Origin: Octopus bimaculoides
Taxonomy: Eukaryota
Direction: 5' to 3'
Assembly (NCBI RefSeq): GCF_001194135.2
Contig: NC_068995.1
Location: forward strand, 11,744,382 to 11,780,751
Length of the DNA: 36,370 nucleotides
Made by a program: the position numbers and the translations under genes. Shown piece by piece: positions 23,018 through 32,825 of this stretch; positions within the stretch are counted from its first letter, which is position 1, and every line of letters begins with the position of its first letter. The notes under the pieces were generated by a model. It was not told where the DNA came from. It did no database searches and saw only the letters and a program-made list of their open reading frames with translations.

Positions 23018-23091
23018 TGTTTTGCTTCCCGCATTCACATTTATAAACGTACTCAGTAAATTAAGCCATACTAATGTATAAATCATTGATT
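23018..23091 (-). CDS. Candidate small exon encoding a signal-peptide-like N-terminus (MIYTLVWLNLLSTFINVNAGSKT)
   Basis: Acceptor ctttgttag|aatcaATG (ATG at 23086) and donor ACA|GTAAGT at 23018/23017. The peptide has a hydrophobic core followed by VNA-G. No homology recognised. Confidence 0.22.
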
Positions 23092-23597
23092 CTAACAAAG
23101 GTGCAAAGCCACATATTTCAGAGAAAGGTTGCATTAGATTATGTTGAACAGAATACTTTAATGTTATTTATTTAGTGATCCAAGTAGGACGAAAAAATAT
23201 GTCGACAACGGCGTGGTTTTGAACATAAAAACGCAAACAGTGGAAGTATCTATAATTTACATTACAGACTTTTTGGTGCACGCTTAGGTTAAAAATAACT
23301 GACCAACAAAAAAAAAAAAAAAAANNNNNNNNNNAAAAAAAAAAAAAAAAAAATTCAACCAATTCAAAAAATAAACCAAAATCTTCAGTGAACATAGATG
23401 AACCATCCCACTTCCATTGCAAGCACACACGCACAGACACATACACATACACACACAAACACACAGACACACACACACACACACATTCACATACTCCCCT
23501 TTTACATACACACACATCTCTTCACACAGAGTTGAAATACTGTTTCGTTTATTTTTTCAGCGTACAATTTTCATCATCCCACTACCAAGTATGTCAT

Positions 23598-23790
23598 CAA
23601 CCCTTCCTTTCTCATAAACACAAGAGTATTATTATAGTAGATTATCTCGGTAACCATGGGAGCTATGAAAAATATATGACATCACCCCTTTCTTCCTTAT
23701 TCATCTATCACCCTTTCCTTTCTCATTCATAAACACAAGAGTTATTATAGTAGATTATCTCGGTAATCATGAAAGCTACGAAAAAATACA
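23598..23790. repeat. Local direct duplication of about 80 bp (23598-23675 and 23709-23789)
   Basis: cataaacacaagag...ttattatagtagattatctcggtaa.catg..agcta.gaaaaa occurs twice with a few substitutions and indels. Confidence 0.9.
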
Positions 23791-24404
23791 AAGCCCAACC
23801 TCAGCACCGGATCATTCTACACATATGTGTAATTTGTTGCGCAATTCCACCCAACCGTTCGGCCGTGAATCCCAAGGCAAGAAAGAATCGCCCGTGTCAA
23901 ATTTATATGTATAGCGTTCCAAAATATTTGCAGTAAACAAGAAGTCTGGTGACCCACCCTTATAAATACACTGAGTCTGTGTTACCCGTCATATGAGAGA
24001 TACCGGGAAGTATACTTTTAAACCATGTTTATATCACCATCAATATGGCGTACATACAATAATTATAATTAAATTTTTATCAAATTTATTGTTACTTATA
24101 TAAAATGAGAAAATGAATACTTATTTTCAAAACGAAAATAATTTCTATGAGATAAAATTAAAGAAAACAACTAACTCTTTTGTATATTTGCAATAAATAT
24201 ATCATATTATTTTTCTAAATTTTATCAACATAATCTCAATCTTCTCTATAGAAATCCTATCTCTGCAAAATTTCGTATTAAAAAACGTGTTTTTCAGAAA
24301 TTTATAAGAACTAAAATAGATGTCGGAGCGTGAAACTGAAGCTATGCCTCTCTCCCTCTCTTTCTCTCTGGACACACACACACACACACACACACATACA
24401 CACA

Positions 24405-24441
<37 letters not shown>

Positions 24442-24689
24442 ATTCACTCACTCACTCATTTATCCACACACACGTATATCCGTTATATACAACAGAAGCA
24501 GCATTAGATTAAAATATCTATTTATATACGAAACTGAATGTAAATACAATGTGATAGACAAAATTTACAGCATTATTCGTCCGGAGATAATTTCACCTAT
24601 GGACCTGTTGTCCAGACATAATATCAACTACAACCTATGGACCAATGTATACATTCCAGAGAATTCCAGTCATTTATGTATCATGCAAG

Positions 24690-24758
24690 CCGCCGTGTAT
24701 CGAACTCACGACCAAACGATCATGAACCGAATGCGCTAACCACTAAGCCATGAGCATT
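24690..24758 (-). mobile_element. tRNA-like SINE head fragment
   Basis: The minus strand reads gctcatggcttagtggttagcgcattcggttcatgatcgtttggtcgtgagttcgatacacggc, with A- and B-box-like motifs. Confidence 0.6.
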
Positions 24759-24767
24759 CGCTGCTCC

Positions 24768-25105
24768 TGTCCATTCAGTTGGTAAAAGAGAGTTGTACCT
24801 GCATTTCTAAGGGCCAGGCGCCATCACATTCTGTCTCACGTTGAATCTCAACGAGAACTATACACTTTGGTTACGCGTGTCTGTAGAGTGCCTCGTCACT
24901 TGCTCTGTAATTTCACGATCAGGCTGTTCTGTTGATCAGGTCTACAGGATAATCGCTGTTCTCTCGATCAGATCTACTCGAACACCGCTGTTCTGTTGAT
25001 CAGATTTACTGGAACACCTCTGTTCTGTTGATCGCATCTACTGGAACACCGCTGTTTTCTTGATCAGATCTACTGGAACACTAGCTGTCGCAACCGATGG
25101 AGTGC
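24768..25105 (+). mobile_element. SINE type C/D 3' domain containing an internal 5 x 32-bp tandem array (24923-25082)
   Basis: gagttgtacctgcatttctaagggccag...cgagaactata...taatttcacgatcaggctgttctgttgatc aligns to 27370-27546. Unit starts are at 24923, 24955, 24987, 25019 and 25051. Confidence 0.85.
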
Positions 25106-25524
25106 TTCTTATTTACCATATATATTGTCGAAATGCTATAAAAAATATTATTTGTAAGTTTAATGAAAAGAACATTAAATTAAATTGCCAATTTGCAATT
25201 ATTTTTATACGTATCGTTTTTTTATTACATAATCAATGTTTTATTTCCCACTGTGCTACCTTTATATATTAACAACTTAATGCTATTGAAACAGAAATGC
25301 ATTTATTCGTGTTACTCAGAAGATTAAATTTGATTTTGTAGCGTTCCCTTGCTCAATGCCTGACATCAAGCCTAGCATACGCACCCGTCCTGCACCTCTT
25401 ATATAAACTCTCTCTCTTTATATCACCTTTACTCTCCCTCGCTCTCTCTCCCTTTCACGTTGTAAAACGTGACAGTAGATATCTTCTAAACGACCAACCA
25501 AAATTTAAACCAGCAATTATTGAG

Positions 25525-25737
25525 TTCAAATTTCGGCACAAGGCCAGGAATTTAGGGAGACGGGTAAGTCGATTACATTAATCAAAGTGATCAAAATGGT
25601 GCTTATTTTATCGAACCGGAAAGGATGAAAAGCAAGGTTGACCCCCGACGGCATTTGAACCCACAACGTAAAGTCAGACGAAATGCCGCCAGGCATTGTG
25701 CCCGGCAGCTAAATATTCTGCCATTTCGCTACCTTAA
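25525..25737 (-). mobile_element. SINE type A, diverged
   Basis: ttcggcacaaggccagg...gaaaggatgaaaagcaagg...atttgaacccacaacgtaaag...attctgccatttcgctacctt. Confidence 0.78.
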
Positions 25738-25959
25738 ACCGACAATTAATTAATTTGATATTATCCTCACTTGTCCCTTAGCGATTACGTAGCCGCAAAG
25801 AAAATATGTTGCCGACAAATTAAAAGTGACAGTTGAGTTGAAGCATATAGCATCAGTTTATTGGTGGGTATGTTATGCTGTTGTGCATATTCATTCCTAG
25901 GCAAAATATAATTTGCAACTAAACGCTTCCCATTTATCCACACAGCATTTATGAAATCT

Positions 25960-26445
25960 AGTAGTAGTGGTGGTGGTGGTGGTGGTACACCGTTGGTTAC
26001 GACGACGCGGGTTCCAGTTGATCCGATCAACGGAACGGCCTGCACGTGAAATTAATGGTGCAAAGCAGCTGAGCATTCCACAGACACGTGTACCCTTTGA
26101 CGTAGTTCTCGGGGAGATTCAGCGTGAAACAGAGTGTGACAAGGTTGGCCCCTTTGAAATACAGGTACAACAGAAACTGGAAGAAAGAGTGAGAGAAATT
26201 TGTGGTTGAAAGAGTTCAGCAGGGTTCACCACCATCCCCTGCCGGAGCCTTGTGGAGCTTTAGGTGTNNNNNNNNNNTTGTGGTTGAAAGAGTTCAGCAG
26301 GGTTCACCACCATCCCCTGCCGGAGCCTTGTGGAGCTTTAGGTGTTTTCGCTCAATAAATGCTCACAACGCCCGGTCTGGGAATCGAAACCGCAATCCTA
26401 CGACCGCGCGTCCGCTGCCCTAACCACTGGGCCATTGCGCCTCCA
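25960..26445 (-). mobile_element. SINE type C, full length, with a 68-bp redundant segment across a 10-N gap
   Basis: High similarity to 3410-3794. Head ggaggcgcaatggcccagtggttagggcagcgg. Embedded in (TAG/TGG)n. Confidence 0.9.
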
Positions 26446-27236
26446 AAGTAGTGGTAGTAGTAGTAGGTTTCTTTTTATGAGAAGTTATATATGTAAACGC
26501 TTTCACAATGTGCCAAATGACCGTTCAATACTTTTTAGTTAAATGTACTAATTTTTTCTAGGAATAAGTTGACAGTGGCTTCGAAGTTTCAATAAGATTA
26601 CAAAGTACTGAAGTATTAAAGCAATGAATTATAACGCTGTAGATGCCGAAAGGGAATTAATTGCTTACCAATGCTATCTAGCATATAAACACGAGACAAC
26701 TGTTGTTATATGGTATGATCCTCCATACAATATATCTGTAAACATTTTCTTTCTCTAATCGGACAACATTCCCGGAACGATTATAAAATGGTGAGAAATC
26801 GTTGTATGAAAAAGCAAAGAAAGAAAAAAAAAATGTATATTGCTGTTAAAAATCATTTACCAATTCTATAATTAAGTAATGTAGAGCAAAATACTCGCCG
26901 CTGAACATAGGTATTTGTTCCTAAAATGGCAATAATCTACAAGAAATCATTTTTTGCCGTGATATCTCCCAGCTCTACATCATCGAGCTGCATAAGGCTT
27001 ATATAGTGTCCCTTCTTACGCAGTCTGCAACATTATAGCAACTTATTCTTGTATAACCACATTGAAGACCTTATTTTAAAGCGCGCTTGGAAAATGGAAT
27101 GACAGTAGAGATAACCAGCGACTAGTGGACATTGTTAAAAAAAAAGCAGGGACGAGTAAGATCGGATCGAAATGTATTATTTCTGTCTTCCAGAGAAATA
27201 CTTCATCATCATACACCATATTTTCTTACTTGTGAA

Positions 27237-27546
27237 GGCGCATAGTGTAGTGGTCAGGCTATTTGACACAAGATTACAAGGTTGTGAGTTAGGTTCCCAG
27301 CAGCGCGTTGTGTTCTTGAGTGAGAAACTTTATTTCACGTTGCTCCAGTCCACTCAGCTGGGAAAAATGAGTTGTACCTGTATTTCAAAGGGCCAGCTTT
27401 GTCAGATTTTGTGTCACACTGAATCTTCCCGAGAACTACGTTAAGGGCGTGCTATGTGCTCAGCCACTTCCACGCTAATTTCGCAAGCAGGTTGTTCAGT
27501 TGCTTGGATCAAATGGTACACCGAGTGTCGTAACCGACAGAGCGCC
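27237..27546 (+). mobile_element. SINE type D (different head, same 3' domain as type C)
   Basis: Head ggcgcatagtgtagtggtcagg...gttgtgttcttgagtgagaaactttatttcacgttgctccagtccactcagctgg, then gtacctgtatttcaaagggccagc...ccgagaactacgttaaggg...gctcagccact, shared with type C. Confidence 0.8.
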
Positions 27547-28491
27547 AGTTTTCATTTCCCTACTCATAGATTTAAACACTCCAACACACACGCACATTCT
27601 TATTTGACAAATTTCATAGAAGCTCCTGATGCAAGGATGACAATAGCAGTCGATCTGATTTCACTAACACATTTAGTGTAAATCAATTCATTTCATTTCC
27701 AGTCTGGCTGAAGGGTCGATCGAGCAAAGACCACTATATGAGCCGTAAACCCTGTTTCCCTCACATATATTCCATTGCATTTGAAAGTTTGCCTGTGCGT
27801 GTGTACGTTTGCGTGTGTATGTATATTCTACAACTAATATAAATATTGCCACGGAATTTGGAGTTTATTTCTAGTTTCGTTCATTAATCAGTTTGTATAT
27901 TAATTCAGTCTACATTACTGACATCTATTTTATCAGCTGCTCGACAAAGAAACTAGTTAAATTGACCGAACTAAACTGCAGAATACCACAATCACTTTCT
28001 CTCCCACTCTGCTAAATACACACATACAACTATATATATATTGGCATGCATGCATACATACATACATACATGCATACATACATACATAGGCTAACACTAT
28101 GTACACAGGCGCGTCGGTTCTTAAAGCTGATCATACAATGGAATATATATATATGGTGTAGGCACATCAATGAATGCTACGCTTCTGTCATGGCATCTAA
28201 TGCATCTATCTAACAATGAACGATGAATGAGAAAATTAAACACATCTGCCGGAATATTTTATTAAATGACATTTGACTAACTGTGATAAAGAAAAGCCGC
28301 TATCTTTGTAATATGAAACGAAGCCAACTAGCTGACGTCCTACCTTCGTGTTGGCTCTTCTCTTACAGACGTTGTTGAGTAAACACATAATGAAAAGCAT
28401 CCTAATCCATCAAAAATTTATTATCGACCATATGAATGCTCCTTTTGACATTTAGCTTTTAGCTCATTCAACGATACTTCTGTCACAAATG

Positions 28492-28493
<2 letters not shown>

Positions 28494-28574
<81 letters not shown>
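28494..28574. repeat. Compound (CAG)n(TAG)n microsatellite
   Basis: Directly visible. It causes the poly-Ser ORF 28489-28722. Confidence 0.95.
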
Positions 28575-28577
<3 letters not shown>

Positions 28578-28759
28578 CTTTGGTAGTGTTAGTGGTGGTG
28601 GTAGTGGGAGTGGGCTTGTGCGAGGCACTGTCAGATTATGGAGCCGGAGGATGGAAGCAGCAGTGTGCGTAGTGGATTGTGACAGATGTCACCTAGTACG
28701 AATGGAATTATTGAAAGCATAATTTTTAAGACAAAAATATCGGTCTTGATGAAAGATAC

Positions 28760-28802
<43 letters not shown>

Positions 28803-28894
28803 TCAATGTTGAATATTAACAAATCGAAATAAATTTCAATATCGAAAGAACAGGTTAATGAGAACGAATTCAATGTGAATATATTATTATCGGA

Positions 28895-29125
28895 CTGATT
28901 CTCGAGTCACTACAACGCAAGCTGGAAGCGCTCAGAGGCCTCCCGCATGACCTAGGAAGCGGGAGGTGCGTGTCGGCATATAACGATGACGTCAACGTAG
29001 TGGTGTCGGATCATAAACACGCAAAAATGATAGGCACCGCTCTCAGGAACTACGAGGCAGTTTCAGGAGCGACAATTAAACAGGAAAAAATAAGTGGGAT
29101 TGCAGCCCGGCACCTGGAGAAGCAA
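28895..29125 (+). mobile_element. Tx1/L1-clade non-LTR retrotransposon, reverse-transcriptase fragment (decayed)
   Basis: In frame from 28895: LILESLQRKLEALRGLPHDLGSGRCVSAYNDDVNVVVSD...ALRNYEAVSGATIKQEKISGI. YNDD (28979-28990) sits in the YADD position and SGATIKQEK corresponds to the SGxKINxxKS motif of L1/Tx1 RTs. Confidence 0.8.
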
Positions 29126-29134
29126 GTCCATGCC

Positions 29135-29348
29135 AGTATACCAACCATGACTACCCGTCTGAAAAGGGTTCACCAAGAACATGCATCACAACCATATGTA
29201 CGTGACATGGTGATCTCATATCAAGATAAACAACGCATGACCTTGCAGGTTAGGACCAGTAAGAATTTACTTCACGTCGAGTACCCCCATCCCGCTCAAA
29301 AGGTCTCTGAATAAGGCTTGTTTAAGGATGTTGAACGAAACACCCATG
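29135..29348 (+). repeat. Probable interspersed-repeat fragment (unclassified)
   Basis: acccgtctgaaaaggg...ccgctcaaaaggtc...gtttaaggatgttgaacgaaacacccatg resembles a repeat I recall from octopus sequence. There is no second copy in the window. Confidence 0.3.
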
Positions 29349-29351
29349 CGT

Positions 29352-30284
29352 ATGATTATTATCATTATTATTATTATTTCTTTTCTTGGGTTGTCCATGT
29401 TACGGCTCAGCTCCTTAGACTCAACACTTTCATCAACACTCGTGCTGTTCCAAGTATTGCCGTCAAATATGTACAGGGTGATTGAAAAGTAATTCCCTAT
29501 TTAAACATGCTTATAAATTATTCATTAATTCTAATTTTTTTCTCAAATTTTTTATTTATTTTTTGAATCTGTAATCGTATTGCTCTTGTCATTCGTGAAT
29601 CGCTGAGTACCCACTTACCCGGGAGATGGGTGGATGGTCGTGGTCCTTGTGAGTTGCCAGCCAGGAGTTCCGACTTAACACCCTTCGACTTCTTTATTTG
29701 GGGTTGGTTAAAGGAACAAGGCTACTGTACCTAACCAAAGACTTTGGAAGAAATTTAAGGGCGAATACGAGAAATTATATTTTCCATCTCACACGAGTTT
29801 TTGTGAAATCAGTTGATGCAATTCTTAGCCGACTGAAGAGGCTGATGCGACATCTGGGGCCCATATCGAATTTTAAATAAAACCTCACACTAAAAGCTTG
29901 CCTCTCATATCCATTTTTTGTGTGAAAATTACAATTTATAAGTATTTTAAAATAGGGAGTTACTTTTCCATCACCCTGTACGTCTATTTTCAGCTTTACA
30001 TCCTAGAATATCACTTTTCTTTGAGATGGTCTCAAGAGCACCGATCACGATAGGAATCACTCATTTTCGAGGCTCTGTGGATGGGTTTCTCTTCCAATGT
30101 CAGGTTTTAGTACTCCTCCAGTTTCTCCTTATCCGTGTTCACAATATTCTGGTCTGCAGGTATAGCTACGTCGATGACAGTCCAGGAGAATGATATCTGA
30201 TCGGCTATGATGCAGATTTTTATCAGAGCAGATTGTCATATCCCGCATGACTTTCACCTGAACATTCTCTGCTACTGGCAAAGG
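29352..30284 (-). mobile_element. 5'-truncated R4/Dong-like (REL endonuclease) non-LTR retrotransposon 3' end, interrupted by a mariner
   Basis: Minus strand: PLPVAENVQVKVMRDMTICSDKNLHHSRSDIILLD / VIDVAIPADQNIVNTDKEKLEEY*NL / VIPIVIGALETISKK...LTAILGTARVLMKVLSLRS* (stop at 29409-29407), then a short 3' UTR and a (TAA)n tail at 29378-29352. These match the RPD, IDVAIP, KxxKY, PIVIGALG and LGTARIL motifs of R4/Dong-clade ORF ends. Confidence 0.85.
29474..29978 (+). mobile_element. Internally deleted Tc1/mariner (DD..D type) element, 505 bp
   Basis: TA at 29472-73 and 29979-80. 46-bp TIRs with 5 mismatches (cagggtgattgaaaagtaattccctattt...). The frame from 29615 reads LPGRWVDGRGPCELPARSSDLTPFDFFIWGWLKEQGYCT*PKTLEEI*GRI, the WPARSPDLTPLDFFLWG motif region. 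Confidence 0.93.
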
Positions 30285-30311
30285 CTATAATAATATTAAT
30301 AATAATAATGA

Positions 30312-30347
<36 letters not shown>

Positions 30348-30438
30348 TATTATTATTGTTATCATTATTACTATTATTATTATTATTATTTGGCTCTTGT
30401 GGCTAGTAAAGAAAGGATTATTATTATCATTATTATTA

Positions 30439-30490
<52 letters not shown>

Positions 30491-30526
30491 CATTCTCATT
30501 ATCCTCATCATCATCATCATCATCAT
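30285..30526. repeat. (ATT)n/(ATC)n microsatellite with a tiny SINE A 3' end at about 30391-30418
   Basis: Directly visible. It causes the poly-I/N/D ORF 30285-30638. Confidence 0.92.
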
Positions 30527-30547
30527 AAAGGCGGTGAGCTGATAGAA

Positions 30548-31294
30548 TTGTTCTCAACCGGGGTTCAAATGGCCCCTGGGGTTTCATATAAGATTTTTGG
30601 TGGAGTCCACCTAAGAAAATAGTAAACTGGGGATCCACAATATTATTAGTTTAAAAGTCCCGGAAAAAATTTTGCTTTGATTGTATGTATTGGTATGTAT
30701 TGCTAGAAACAGATAGGTTTAATTTCTCTGACATTTTACATAGTTCAACCTGAACAAGTTAATGTACGGGGGAAAAATGCATTTCAAAAGACGTTTCTAC
30801 GAAAAATAGTTTTTAAATATCGAATGGATAGTGGGGTCCACCAGAATAAAATAGTAATCAAAGGGTTGTTGGCACTCCGTCGCTTACGACGTCGAGGGTT
30901 CAAGTTGATCCGATCAAAGGAACAGCCTGCTTGTGAAATTAACGTGCAAGTGGCTGAGCATTCCACAGACACGTGTACCCTTAACGTAGTTCTCGGGGAT
31001 ATTCAGCGTGACACAGTGTGACAAGGCTGACCCTTTGAATTACAGGCACAACAGAAACAGGAAGTAAGAATGAGAGAAAGTTGTGGTGAAAGAATACAGC
31101 AAGGTTCGCCACCATCCCCTGCCGGAGCCTCGTGGAGCTTTTAGGTGTTTTCGCTCAATAAACACTCACAACGCCCGGTCTAGGAATCAAAACCGCGATC
31201 CTATGACCGTGAGTTCGCTGCCCTAACCACTGGGCCATTGCGCCTCCACTAATCAAAGGGATCCATGAGGAAAAAAAATTGTTCAGAACCCCTG
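30548..31294. mobile_element. hAT-type MITE, interrupted by a SINE C
   Basis: Left end gttctcaaccgggg (first TIR bases lost, fused to a SINE A head at 30530) and right end gttcagaacccctg. Right flank agatagac fits an NNNTANNN target. Internal ggggtccac motifs resemble those of the 19261 MITE. Confidence 0.65.
30866..31249 (-). mobile_element. SINE type C, full length, perfect 11-bp TSD
   Basis: taatcaaaggg at 30855-30865 and 31250-31260. A box tggcccagtgg in the head. Near-identical to 3410-3794. Confidence 0.95.
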
Positions 31295-31469
31295 AGATAG
31301 ACAAAAGAGCCACAGAGATTTCATTGACAAACATCCGCCACCATGATTCATTTGTAACCGTACAGAACAGGCAGTATAAAGATTGGTTAAGCATCTACTA
31401 TTTTAAGCCATCAGATAATACCAGACCCCGTCTTCCACATTGTCGTTTGCTTGGATTATTACCAAGCAT

Positions 31470-31714
31470 GACATTTCTGTCGATTCTGGCAAATTCTTTG
31501 ACAAACGCTCGCCACTGTAATCTGTTTTGGACAGCTATCAAGAGATGGCGTACAGATTTTTTTCTTTCTTTTTTCTTCTTCTTTTTTTTTGGCATCCACT
31601 GTTTTAAGATTTCACTCAGCTGCCGTAGTAGACTCCTGCACCGATTCTCACTCGGGTCAGATCGAAATGTGACGGCCTCCTCGAGACCGTCGAAGGGTTA
31701 GCGACAAATTTCAG
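31470..31714 (-). mobile_element. RTE-like LINE ORF C-terminal remnant
   Basis: Minus strand: LKFV / DGLEEAV...SENRCRSLLRQLSEILKQW...SVRHLLIAVQNRLQWRAFV. This resembles the RTE end LKFFGH..DGLEK..RGRQR..LLRAAxDRxxWR. Heavily decayed. Confidence 0.45.
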
Positions 31715-31968
31715 TCATAGATATACCAAACGCACGTTGATTATGTGACTTCACCATAAGAATAACATTATACCATTACTCGATTCGGACTAAACACCAA
31801 CAAGAAATGCAATTTAAGAAAAATAAGATGTATAATCTTTGATAGCGGTTAAATAACATGGCCGACTGGAAGTTGTAGTATTCGGCTACATCCAGGGCTA
31901 ACTCAATACAACTCTGTTGTTGGGTTTCTGGACAGATGACTTAAAACTATCGAGCAGTGTAGAATAGG

Positions 31969-32467
31969 CTCTCCTCCTCCTCCTCCTCCTCCTCCTCCNN
32001 NNNNNNNNNNNNNNNNNNNNNNNNNNNNNNNNNNNNNNNNNNNNNNNNNNNNNNNNNNNNNNNNNNNNNNNNNNNNNNNNNNNNNNNNNNNNNNNNNNNN
32101 NNNNNNNNNNNNNNNNNNNNNNNNNNNNNNNNNNNNNNNNNNNNNNNNNNNNNNNNNNNNNNNNNNNNNNNNNNNNNNNNNNNNNNNNNNNNNNNNNNNN
32201 NNNNNNNNNNNNNNNNNNNNNNNNNNNNNNNNNNNNNNNNNNNNNNNNNNNNNNNNNNNNNNNNNNNNNNNNNNNNNNNNNNNNNNNNNNNNNNNNNNNN
32301 NNNNNNNNNNNNNNNNNNNNNNNNNNNNNNNNNNNNNNNNNNNNNNNNNNNNNNNNNNNNNNNNNNNNNTTCTCCTCCTCCTCCTCCTCCTCCTCCTTCT
32401 TCTTCTGCTTCTTCTTCTTCTCCTCCTCCTCCTCCTCCTCATTCTTCTTCTTCGTCTTCTTCTTCTT
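31969..32467. repeat. (CCT)n/(CTT)n microsatellite spanning an N gap
   Basis: Directly visible on both sides of the gap 31999-32369. Confidence 0.9.
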
Positions 32468-32520
32468 GAAGCATCTTTAACGCATCGAACAAAATGCTCA
32501 ATGGGAATTCTTCCAGCTGA

Positions 32521-32825
32521 GGAATTTTGTCCGTCTAATGCATTTGCGTTCCAATGTCAGCGAGGGTGATTCTGCATTTCATTCTTTCGAGGTCGATAAA
32601 GCGAGTGTCAGTCGAGCTCTGGCGTTTCAACACCGCTTCATAACCAGCGTTGGTGTTCTTACGTCCCTGGAAGTTAGCAGTTCGGCTAAAGACCCTGACA
32701 GAATAAAAGGTAGGCTTAAAAAAAAAAAAAATCCTGGAGACGATTTGTTCGACCAAAGACCTTCAATGCGGTACCCCAGTATGGCCGCAGTCAAGTGACT
32801 GGAACAAGTAAATGATAAGAAATAA
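32521..32825 (+). mobile_element. Composite: SINE A middle (32521-32625) joined to SINE B 3' half (32628-32825)
   Basis: cattctttcgaggtcgataaa (type A) is followed directly by caccgcttcataaccagcgttggtg...gcagttcggc...gtatggccgcagtcaagtgactggaacaagtaa (type B). Confidence 0.7.

Noticed and set aside
23960-23992. TATAAATA with a possible initiator about 28 bp downstream
   Set aside because: Common by chance in DNA this AT-rich, and no downstream exon support.
24923-25082. CRISPR-like regular 32-bp repeats
   Set aside because: The units are head-to-tail with no unique spacers, derive from a SINE segment, and sit in a eukaryotic context with no cas genes.
28970-29314. 114-aa ORF as a host gene
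   Set aside because: The N-terminal half is a decayed LINE RT (YNDD in place of YADD) and the remainder reads through into another repeat.
31180-31249. tRNA gene-like sequence (also at 3730-3794, 26380-26445 and 24690-24758)
   Set aside because: A and B boxes are present, but they continue into SINE bodies with TSDs. These are SINE heads, not tRNA genes.
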